Origin: an uncultured Candidatus Saccharibacteria bacterium
GTDB taxonomy: Bacteria; Patescibacteriota; Minisyncoccia; Ryanbacterales; HO2-45-13
NCBI GenBank assembly: GCA_964360995.1
Contig: CAYHYZ010000001.1
Location: 31,548-65,821 of the forward strand
DNA length: 34,274 bases
Direction of reading: 5' to 3'
How positions within the stretch are numbered: the first letter of the stretch is position 1; the number at the start of each line of letters is the position of its first letter. This document shows, one piece after another, positions 18,250 through 26,276 of the stretch. The position numbers and the translations under genes are program-made. The notes under the pieces are model-generated. The model searched no databases, was not told where the DNA came from, and was given only the letters and a program-made list of their open reading frames with translations.

Positions 18250-19164
18250 ATGAATATTCGCGCAACTGGGCTTATCATCGCTGTGCTTACCACTGTTTTT
18301 TTTGCGCCCACGTTTCAATGGGTACATGCAGACGCGGGGTTGAGTATTCAACCAATTAAAGTATCACAAACATTGAGGCCCGGTGATGAGGTCACTGGAT
18401 TTTTTTCGCTGACAAATGCGGGGAGTGAGCGAGTAGAAGTGACGCTCACGGTTGAAGATTTTGTACCGACGGCCGGAACACCTAATATCAATTTTATCGG
18501 TCGAGCCGAGGGCGTCACCACGGTTCGGGACTGGATTACACTGGGAAACGAATTGGTGTTTCAATTTGATCCGGGGGCATCACGGCAAATTCCGTTTACC
18601 ATTACAGCGCCTCCCACTGCAGAGCCCGGAAGTCACTTTGGCGTGGTATTTTTTAAGGCAACACAGATTGACGCCGCGGGACAGATAAAAGTAGGAACCC
18701 GAGTGGGATCTTTGATATTTATTACTGTTCCGGGGAATCAATTACAAAAAGGGAAGATTATAGACTTTTCTGCGCCAGTATTTTCCCAGCGCGCCCCTGT
18801 GCCATTTAAAATCAAATTTGAAAATACGGGCACCGTGCACTATGAGCCGAAAGGAGAAGTGGTAGTGAAAAATATTTTTGGGCGCGAAGTAGGTGTGGTT
18901 CCAGTTGCGGGGTACGCGGTGCTTCCCACGGGCGTGAGGGATTTGGACGTTGCGTGGGATCCTGAAAAAATAGCCATTGGCCGCTACACTGCGTCCGCAG
19001 CCATTTACGACGGGGAGGGCAACGCACTCACGACGCAAGAACTTTCATTTTATGTTATTCCGGTGTACTTGATACTCGGAATCATTGCGGGTGTATTTGT
19101 TATTTTTCGCATACTGCTATTCATCAAGCGACGCATTCGCATACAAGTGGTGCCGAATAGTTGA
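18250..19164 (+). CDS. DUF916/DUF3324-like WxL-interacting membrane protein
   Basis: Signal peptide; LSIQPIKV..LRPGD...LTNAG, IPFTITAPPTAEPGSHFGVVFF, FENTGTVHYEPKG, VLPTGVR; C-terminal TM helix plus basic tail. Confidence 0.75.
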   Translation: MNIRATGLIIAVLTTVFFAPTFQWVHADAGLSIQPIKVSQTLRPGDEVTGFFSLTNAGSERVEVTLTVEDFVPTAGTPNINFIGRAEGVTTVRDWITLGNELVFQFDPGASRQIPFTITAPPTAEPGSHFGVVFFKATQIDAAGQIKVGTRVGSLIFITVPGNQLQKGKIIDFSAPVFSQRAPVPFKIKFENTGTVHYEPKGEVVVKNIFGREVGVVPVAGYAVLPTGVRDLDVAWDPEKIAIGRYTASAAIYDGEGNALTTQELSFYVIPVYLILGIIAGVFVIFRILLFIKRRIRIQVVPNS

Positions 19165-19167
19165 TGC

Positions 19168-20244
19168 ATGTCGTTGATAGACAAAGTGTCCTGGGCGGCA
19201 ACACTCCCTCGCTTACTCGGTAGTCAGATTTCTCTACCGTATATTGGAATTACCACGGTTTTTTTTATTTTCCCGTTCATATTATGGTCGCTCGCACAGG
19301 TTGTAGGAGTCGTGAATGATGCACGCGCAACGACTATCCAAGTGACGATCATCGGAAGTTACACATGCAATGATACGATAGATAATGACGGAGATTCACT
19401 GGTTGATTATCCTGCAGACACCGGCTGTGAATCTACGACAGATACAGATGAGTATAATGCACCGCCACCAAGTGGTGGTGGTGGTGGGGGGGGTGGTGGT
19501 GGTAGTGGGAGCGGATTTACACTTCCTACCGGTGTTATTTTTCGCGGAAAAGCATATCCCGGAAGTTACGTCGCACTGTTAAAAGATTCGCAGTCCGTTG
19601 CGGTTTCAAAAGCGGGACCAGATGCGAATTTTGAAATTGCGCTTACCGGGCTTTCCGGAGGAGTGTACTCATTTAGTATATGGTCCGCGGATGCAAACAA
19701 TCTCCGATCCACGAACCAAACATTTAGCGTTACAATTACTTCGGGCGTGACCACGGTGATCAGCGGCATATTTATTCCGCCCACCATTGCTGTCGATAAA
19801 TCAGAAGTCAAACATGGCGATGTCATTACGTTTTTTGGTGCTTCTGCGCCAAGCGCAGGGATCACATTGATAGTAAATTCAGAACCCGAAATTATGAAAA
19901 ACACCACCGCAGGGAGCGATGGACTCTGGTCGCACCAGTTCGATACGTTAGCGCTCACTAAAGGCGCACATAGTGGAAAATCACGAGCGAACAAAGATGG
20001 TCTCATCACAGATTTTTCTGCATCGGTTGGGTTTATTGTTGGCGTGGAAAATGTCATCGCCGAACCACCAAAAGACATCACAAAAGGCGAAGTAAATAAT
20101 GATGGTCGCGTGAATATTGTTGATTTTTCAATCGCCGCATATTGGTTTGGTCGCCCCAACCCACCCACAAACGTGGATTTGAATAAAGATGGAAAATTAA
20201 ATTTGGTTGATTTTTCTATTATGGCGTTTTATTGGACTGGATAG
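19168..20244 (+). CDS. Surface protein with Ca-binding CxDxxDNDGD motif, Gly linker, Ig-like domains and C-terminal dockerin-like domain
   Basis: CNDTIDNDGDSLVDYPADTGC; tandem EF-hand-like repeats GEVNNDGRVNIVDFSI and VDLNKDGKLNLVDFSI. Confidence 0.75.
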   Translation: MSLIDKVSWAATLPRLLGSQISLPYIGITTVFFIFPFILWSLAQVVGVVNDARATTIQVTIIGSYTCNDTIDNDGDSLVDYPADTGCESTTDTDEYNAPPPSGGGGGGGGGGSGSGFTLPTGVIFRGKAYPGSYVALLKDSQSVAVSKAGPDANFEIALTGLSGGVYSFSIWSADANNLRSTNQTFSVTITSGVTTVISGIFIPPTIAVDKSEVKHGDVITFFGASAPSAGITLIVNSEPEIMKNTTAGSDGLWSHQFDTLALTKGAHSGKSRANKDGLITDFSASVGFIVGVENVIAEPPKDITKGEVNNDGRVNIVDFSIAAYWFGRPNPPTNVDLNKDGKLNLVDFSIMAFYWTG

Positions 20245-20245
20245 T

Positions 20246-21205
20246 ATGCGGCGCACACATACGGACGGGAGCACTATTTCACACCGAGCGCATCTCATGT
20301 TGCGAATCATTGGAGCGATTGTTTTTTTGCTCGTATTTGGTACAGAAGCGCACGCGGCTACGATTTTTTTTGAACCGCCTACAGCGGATTTTCGTGTGTT
20401 CGATTCGGTGCGCGTGGACGTGTATGTAGAAACGGAAGGAGAAACTATCAATGCAGTCGAGGGAACGCTCATATATCCGAGTGACACATTGCGACTGACG
20501 GGCATCTCCGACGGCGATTCCGTGATTTCATTGTGGGTGGAACGTCCGCGCGAAGTCCGGCCGGGCGAGATACGTTTTTCCGGCATTATTCCCGGAGGGT
20601 TTTCAGGGGTGTTGCAACCGGACAGCCCCATCGTGAAAGGGGGGAAGTTGTTGCGTCTTGAGTTTGTCACTGAATCAACCGGGGACGTGATTATCAACGG
20701 CGTAGATGTTCACGTACTGCTCAATGATGGTAATGGCACGCGCGCGTTTGTGACGATGCTACCATTTGATGGAGCGGTGGTAAGCAACGTGCCGCATGTG
20801 ATCATTCCCCCATCCGACGAAGATGCTCCAGAGCCGTTTCTTGTGAGCCTACACTCCGAACAAGCGGTATATGACGGAAAGTTTTTTATCATTTTTTCGA
20901 CGACTGATAAAGACTCTGGCGTGGATCACTATGAGGTATGTGAAGAAAAAAATATACTCATTTCCAAATGGTGCGTGAATGGGTGGACGACAGCGACGTC
21001 CCCCCACCTGATTGCGGATCAAGCGCTGGAGAGCACGATCAAGGTGAAAGCGATTGACCGCAGTGGTAATGAACAAATCGCCGTACTGCCAGCGGAAGTG
21101 CAAACAATTGATTGGTGGTTGGCAGGAGTAGTGGTCTTTAGTATCTGTGTGTTTGCGCTGATCCTGCTCATCGTTGCTCGCAAGAGATATTTCTCTCGCG
21201 CATGA
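20246..21205 (+). CDS. Membrane-anchored cohesin-domain protein
   Basis: Signal AHA-A; VRVDVYVETEGETINAVEGTLIYP...SVISLWVERP...IRFSGIIPGG...VLLNDGNGT; C-terminal TM helix. Alternative start at 20297. Confidence 0.7.
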   Translation: MRRTHTDGSTISHRAHLMLRIIGAIVFLLVFGTEAHAATIFFEPPTADFRVFDSVRVDVYVETEGETINAVEGTLIYPSDTLRLTGISDGDSVISLWVERPREVRPGEIRFSGIIPGGFSGVLQPDSPIVKGGKLLRLEFVTESTGDVIINGVDVHVLLNDGNGTRAFVTMLPFDGAVVSNVPHVIIPPSDEDAPEPFLVSLHSEQAVYDGKFFIIFSTTDKDSGVDHYEVCEEKNILISKWCVNGWTTATSPHLIADQALESTIKVKAIDRSGNEQIAVLPAEVQTIDWWLAGVVVFSICVFALILLIVARKRYFSRA

Positions 21206-21220
21206 TATAATATACTTCGT

Positions 21221-22741
21221 ATGGACGCCTCGCTCGTTCTTTCACTGTTTCGCGTGCTGCGGACCGGGTTTGTTGCGCTCGTCTTAGCGATACTTGTTTC
21301 CGCTCACTTCGCGGTTGCGGCAGATCTCACTATTTCACCCACCACCGGATCGTATGCTGTTGGTCAACAAATGACTGCGACCATTGTGGTGAACAGCGCC
21401 GATCAGGCCATGAACGCTGCGTCCGGAGTTATTTTGTTTCCAAAAGACACAGTAGAAGTCGTTGCACTCTCTAAAGTGGGCAGTATCATTTCGTTGTGGG
21501 TGCAAGAGCCATTTTTTTCCAATACCGATGGTGTTGTGCGGTTTGAGGGCGTCGTACTCAACCCGGGGTATACGGGCGCAAACGGCAAAATTCTTTCAAT
21601 TACTTTTCGCGCAAAAGCTGCAGGAAATGCTATGCTCTCCATCGATACAAGCTTCGTGCTCGCAAACGATGGCAAGGGTACTAATATTTTAATCAAATCT
21701 GTACCGGCATCCTATACCATCGGTGGAGCATCGTCTCCTGCTCCAACGTCACCGAGTGCCGGCATCCCGGTACCGGAAGTCGTCTCAACGTCTCACCCCG
21801 ATCAGCAATCCTGGTATGCACTACCAGACGTGCGGGTGTCTTGGCAGAATCCTTCGGGGGTGACGGCGGTACGTGTTTGGACCAACCAAGATCCGAACAC
21901 CATCCCAACCAATACGTACGCTCCTCCGATTTCGGAAAAAACACTTACGGATATACCTGACGGAGTACGGTATTTTCATGCGCAGTTTCGCACGTCGGCA
22001 GGGTGGGGACCATCAACTCACTTTCGATATCAAATTGATACGGCAAAACCGACTAACATTACTGCGGAGCAACAAGTGGACGGGCTGGAAGCCGGAACGG
22101 TTCGATTAGCTATTACGGCGCTTGATGATCGCTCTGGTATCCAGAAATATATTGTTGAAGAGAATGGTAAGATACTCACGGAAAAAAGTGCAACGGCGAG
22201 CACTACGATTGATATTCAAGGACTTTCCGCAGGAGCGCATACGCTACGTGTTCGCGCACTCGATGGCGCAGGGAACGCAATAGAAAAAGATATTGAAGTA
22301 ATCGCAACGGCAGCTCCGATTAAGGAAGTTCCGGTTGCTCCTATTCCTACAGAGACTACGCCACCACGTACCGCCTTCAATTACCTGTGGGCACTTTGGA
22401 TAGTTATCGGCGTAATCGTAATACTATTGTTTAGTGTCGGATTATGGTTTTTGCGAGGCAAGCCGCGTACGCGCACGCCGCAACCCCCAAAGAAGGCTGA
22501 TACTTCTGATATGTATTCCGATACGCGCACTATTCGAGAACTACAAGAAGTCATTTCCGCATTTCATCATCGAGTCGACGCGCTCGAAAACAACACAATG
22601 AAGGGAAATGTGTATCAGGATGAACTTGTGCAAATACAAAAAATGAAAACCGACATAGATACCATGCAACTGAGGCTCAAGGGGAGAATCGACGAACTGG
22701 AGCGAAAAATGAGTTTAAAGAAAGAGCCTCCTCGCGTATAG
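21221..22741 (+). CDS. Membrane-anchored cohesin-domain protein with Ig-like domains and cytoplasmic coiled coil
   Basis: ATIVVNSADQAMNAASGVILFP...SIISLWVQEP...VRFEGVV...VLANDGKGT (paralogous to the previous gene); IDTAKP and GAHTLRVRALDGAGN Ig-like motifs; TM helix; coiled-coil tail. Confidence 0.75.
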   Translation: MDASLVLSLFRVLRTGFVALVLAILVSAHFAVAADLTISPTTGSYAVGQQMTATIVVNSADQAMNAASGVILFPKDTVEVVALSKVGSIISLWVQEPFFSNTDGVVRFEGVVLNPGYTGANGKILSITFRAKAAGNAMLSIDTSFVLANDGKGTNILIKSVPASYTIGGASSPAPTSPSAGIPVPEVVSTSHPDQQSWYALPDVRVSWQNPSGVTAVRVWTNQDPNTIPTNTYAPPISEKTLTDIPDGVRYFHAQFRTSAGWGPSTHFRYQIDTAKPTNITAEQQVDGLEAGTVRLAITALDDRSGIQKYIVEENGKILTEKSATASTTIDIQGLSAGAHTLRVRALDGAGNAIEKDIEVIATAAPIKEVPVAPIPTETTPPRTAFNYLWALWIVIGVIVILLFSVGLWFLRGKPRTRTPQPPKKADTSDMYSDTRTIRELQEVISAFHHRVDALENNTMKGNVYQDELVQIQKMKTDIDTMQLRLKGRIDELERKMSLKKEPPRV

Positions 22742-22757
22742 GTATTGGGCACATGCC

Positions 22758-22798
22758 GCACACACATAAGCGCCCCTACGGGGCGCTTATGTGTGTGC
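22758..22798. terminator. Perfect 19-bp inverted repeat between the convergent cohesin gene and tRNA-Thr
   Basis: GCACACACATAAGCGCCCC-TAC-GGGGCGCTTATGTGTGTGC. Confidence 0.6.
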
Positions 22799-22829
22799 CA
22801 GAATTCCAAGCGAACAAATAATTTACATC

Positions 22830-22903
22830 TGGAGCCGAGAGTGGGAATCGAACCCACATTCCTACTTTACGAAAGTAGTGTTCTGCCATTGAACTATATC
22901 GGC
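22830..22903 (-). tRNA. tRNA-Thr (CGT), CCA encoded
   Basis: Reverse complement GCCGATATAGTTCAATGGCAGAACACTACTTTCGTAAAGTAGGAATGTGGGTTCGATTCCCACTCTCGGCTCCA. Confidence 0.95.
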
Positions 22904-23032
22904 AATATATCTCCTGATCCTATCGCAATCGTCGTTATGTTGCAATGTTTTTTACCATTCGTTGCATCTGTGCTACCATAAGCAGGCTACTGTAGCAAAG
23001 GTCTTGTTATTATTCCGTTAATACGCATATAT

Positions 23033-23137
23033 ATGGTTTTTACATTCGATGACCCGCCGATGCCAACAGGCGATGGCAACAATGGTGAGGAGAAGAAAGA
23101 AGAAGGTGTAAAAGAAGCAGAGGCTTCCACTCAGTAA
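23033..23137 (+). CDS. Small acidic peptide (34 aa)
   Basis: MVFTFDDPPMPTGDGNNGEEKKEEGVKEAEASTQ*, followed immediately by a terminator. Confidence 0.45.
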   Translation: MVFTFDDPPMPTGDGNNGEEKKEEGVKEAEASTQ

Positions 23138-23148
23138 TTTGACTCTAT

Positions 23149-23171
23149 AAAAGCCCCCGAGGGGGCTTTTT
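23149..23171 (+). terminator. Intrinsic terminator
   Basis: AAAAGCCCC-CGAG-GGGGCTTTTT. Confidence 0.75.
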
Positions 23172-23202
23172 GATTGGCGCTCGAATTGGTATACTGCAGG
23201 TA

Positions 23203-24295
23203 ATGAACGAACCAATCGCGCTTTCAGAACTATACGAACAAATCCGTCGCGAGACGGACCGTCTTTGACTTATCTCGCAAAGAACAGGAACTCGCAGACG
23301 TAGAAGCGAGCACGCAAGTGCCCAATTTTTGGTCAGACGGGGAACGTGCACGAGAAATTTCTGCAGATATTAGTCGGCGCAAGGCTGACATCGCGCGTTG
23401 GCAGGATCTGTTGCGTGAGGCCGATATGCTTACAGAATTTGAAAAGCTCGGAGACCTTGCGATGACTCATGAACTTGCAGAGCGCACATGGGCGTTGCAC
23501 AAAGCGTACCAAGAGGCGACGAGAGCATTATTTCTTTCCGGACCATATGACGCTCGCAACGCGATCCTTTCTTTTTTTGGAGGAGCGGGAGGCGTAGAGG
23601 CCGAGGATTGGGCATACATGCTGTTACGCATGTATGAAAAATACGCGGAAGTGAAAAATTGGCGCGTATCCGTGCTCCATAGACATGAGAACGAACATGG
23701 AGGGCTCAAGAATGCAACAATAGAAATTGCAGGGCCGTATGCATACGGGTTACTCAAAGGCGAACGTGGCGTGCATCGCTTGGTGCGCATCTCTCCATTT
23801 TCATCAAAAAGTTTGAGACATACCAGTTTTGCGTTTGTGGATGTGCTCCCCGAGCTTCCAAAAGGACAAGTGCTCGATATTAAAGAAGATGATATTGAAA
23901 CCACGTTTGCACGTGCAGGGGGACCCGGAGGGCAAAATGTAAACAAGCGCTCTACTGCGGTGCACATGGTGCACAAGCCAACCGGCATTCATATTCACGT
24001 CACCAGTGAGCGATCACAACTACAGAATCGTGAAAAAGCACGCGCAATCCTTGAGGCAAAATTGATGCAAATTATGGAGGAGAACCAGAAGAAGCAACTC
24101 GAAGATTTAAAAGGAACGCAGTACATTAAAATTGAGTGGGGGAATCAAATCCGTTCATACGTATTTCATCCCTATCAAATGGTGAAAGATCATCGTACGG
24201 GCGTGGAAACCTCGAATATTGCAGCGGTGATGGACGGGGCACTCGATGAATTTATCGACGAGGAACTCCGTATGCCGAGGAACATTAAATCATAA
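23203..24295 (+). CDS. prfB: Peptide chain release factor 2 with programmed +1 frameshift
   Basis: ATG 23203 reads 21 codons to CTT-TGA-C (23263-23269); the +1 frame continues DLSRKEQEL...PNFWSD; SPF and GGQ motifs present. Confidence 0.96.
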
Positions 24296-24468
24296 AATCA
24301 GTACGCCATGAAATCACTGGATCACAGGAGCGTCCAGTGTGGGCGTGATGCTTGGTATTCCTTACTTTTTGTGGTTTAATGGTCTGGTAATGAGTACAAC
24401 AAAACATCTGTTCCAGCGTGTTTTTATGATTAAGTGATCTCGTGATTAAATGACATTGTAATTGACCT

Positions 24469-25149
24469 ATGATTTTTTTCGAGAATGTCTCCAAGATCTA
24501 TAACCCCATTGCACCTGCACTCGAAGGGGTGAATATTACCATTCATCCGCGTGAGTTTGTTTCGGTGGTGGGACAGTCGGGAGCCGGAAAAACAACACTT
24601 ATTAAACTGCTTCTCGCTGAAGAGCGGCCAACCGAGGGGAGTGTGTATTTCCAGTCTATCAATCTCAAGGATATGCGTCGTGATGACGTGCTCTCTCTGC
24701 GGCGTCGTATTGGCACCGTATTTCAAGATTTTAAGCTCCTTCCATCAAAGACCGCATACGAAAACATCGCATTTGCAATGGAAGCCGCGGGGCGCCCCGA
24801 CGAAGAGATTGTTGCCGACGTTCCACAAATTTTGGAACTAGTAGGTCTTTCCGACAAGGAGGACAATTTTCCGCACGAACTTTCGGGAGGCGAAAAACAG
24901 CGCGTGGCCATTGCACGAGCCATTATTAATCGCCCCGATGTGATTATTGCCGATGAACCTACCGGAAATCTTGATCCATTGAATTCATGGGAAATTGTGC
25001 GGTTGCTCGGCAAAATCAATGAAATGGGAACCACCGTCATTTTAGCGACGCATGATCGTGATATTATCAATGCACTAGGAAAACGTGTGATTACTCTTGA
25101 AAAAGGGCAAGTCATTCGTGACGAAGAGCGTGGAAAATATATACTCTAA
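24469..25149 (+). CDS. ftsE: Cell division ATP-binding protein FtsE
   Basis: [47 protein letters not shown]; lies between prfB and ftsX. Confidence 0.93.
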   Translation: MIFFENVSKIYNPIAPALEGVNITIHPREFVSVVGQSGAGKTTLIKLLLAEERPTEGSVYFQSINLKDMRRDDVLSLRRRIGTVFQDFKLLPSKTAYENIAFAMEAAGRPDEEIVADVPQILELVGLSDKEDNFPHELSGGEKQRVAIARAIINRPDVIIADEPTGNLDPLNSWEIVRLLGKINEMGTTVILATHDRDIINALGKRVITLEKGQVIRDEERGKYIL

Positions 25150-25153
25150 ACAT

Positions 25154-26062
25154 ATGATTGGTACACACATTCGCAGAGTCCTTCGGGCGGGCATTACGAG
25201 CTTTTGGAGAAATGGGTCTGTTTCCATCGCATCTATCTCCATTGTGGTACTTGCACTCTTTATGATAGGGAGCGTGCTATTTGCAAATGTGCTGCTCACC
25301 GCAACGCTCGTGCAGGTAGAATCAAAGGTGGACGTGAGTGTGTATTTTAAACCTGACGCAACAGAATTTGACATTGACGCAATCCAGAAGTCGCTTGAGC
25401 AACTTCCTGAAATTGCCGCTGTTGAATATATTTCGCGCGAACAAACACTCGCAGAGTTTCGTGAACGGCACCGCGACAATGCGCTCATTTCCAATTCGCT
25501 CATTGAGCTTGGAGATAACCCATTTGGAGCTACATTGAATGTGCGCGCCAAGAGTCCATCAGATTACGAAAGTGTGGCTTTGTTTTTTGAACAGGGCAAG
25601 TTTGAGAGTATCGATAAAATAAACTATCGAAAAAATAAGGTTGTTATTGATAGACTTGCCGCACTCATTGAAAGTTCGAGGCAAATTGGGATTGCGGTAG
25701 CGGCGGTTTTCTCCGCAGTAGCAATGCTTGTGGTGTTCAATACCATTCGCCTTGCAATATTTAGTGCCAAAGAGGAGATTGGTGTCATGAAGCTTGTGGG
25801 CGCGTCGCGCAATTTCATCCGCTCTCCATTTCTCGTTATTGGGGCGCTCTACGGGATAAGTGCGAGCTTAATCACGATGTTTATCTTTTGGGGACTTACA
25901 TTTTGGTTGGGCCCTAAGTCAGAGTCATTTTTTGCGGGCATCAATCTCTACCAGTATTTTATGGAGCATTTTCTTCAAGTATTCGCTATTTTCCTCATCG
26001 GTGGTGTGCTACTTGGGGTGGTCTCTAGTTACATCGCGGTGAGGAAGTATCTCAGAGTGTAA
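25154..26062 (+). CDS. ftsX: Cell division permease FtsX
   Basis: SFWRNGSVSIASI, VSVYFK, NTIRLAIFSAKEEIGVMKLVGASRNFIRSPF; four TM helices. Confidence 0.92.
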   Translation: MIGTHIRRVLRAGITSFWRNGSVSIASISIVVLALFMIGSVLFANVLLTATLVQVESKVDVSVYFKPDATEFDIDAIQKSLEQLPEIAAVEYISREQTLAEFRERHRDNALISNSLIELGDNPFGATLNVRAKSPSDYESVALFFEQGKFESIDKINYRKNKVVIDRLAALIESSRQIGIAVAAVFSAVAMLVVFNTIRLAIFSAKEEIGVMKLVGASRNFIRSPFLVIGALYGISASLITMFIFWGLTFWLGPKSESFFAGINLYQYFMEHFLQVFAIFLIGGVLLGVVSSYIAVRKYLRV

Positions 26063-26064
26063 GA

Positions 26065-26200
26065 GAGCTGATAGCTGTTAGCTTATAGGGGGCGCACACC
26101 AAGTACGACGCTTTGAACTTAGGTTGTTTTTGTGATTTAATGCTCTCGTGCAAACGGGCGCATTAGTCTCCATCAGCTCACAGCTACAAGCTTAAAGCTA
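26065..26200. repeat. Two oppositely oriented tracts of 7-nt-periodic AGCT repeats flanking a GNRA hairpin
   Basis: AGCT at 26066/26073/26080 and 26175/26182/26189/26196; GAGCTGAT (26065-26072) is complementary to ATCAGCTC (26172-26179). Confidence 0.7.
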
Positions 26201-26203
26201 TCT

Positions 26204-26274
26204 TGCGGGATCATCTAGCGGTAGGATGCGACTCTCTGAAAGTCGTCACCTTGGTTCGAATCCAAGTCCCGCAG
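26204..26274 (+). tRNA. tRNA-Gln (CTG), CCA not encoded
   Basis: TGCGGGA/TCCCGCA acceptor stem; anticodon arm CGACT-CTCTGAA-AGTCG; T arm CTTGG-TTCGAAT-CCAAG. Confidence 0.95.
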
Positions 26275-26276
26275 CA

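Noticed and set aside
19168-22741. Cellulosome
   Set aside because: Single cohesin-like domains and no recognisable glycoside hydrolase or CBM partners in the window.
23263-23269. prfB pseudogene or TGA recoding (code 25)
   Set aside because: Canonical CTT-TGA-C programmed frameshift; TGA ends other genes such as murJ and lepA normally.
26226-26276. N-terminal extension of the 458-aa ORF
   Set aside because: Lies inside tRNA-Gln; ATG 26277 is the plausible start.
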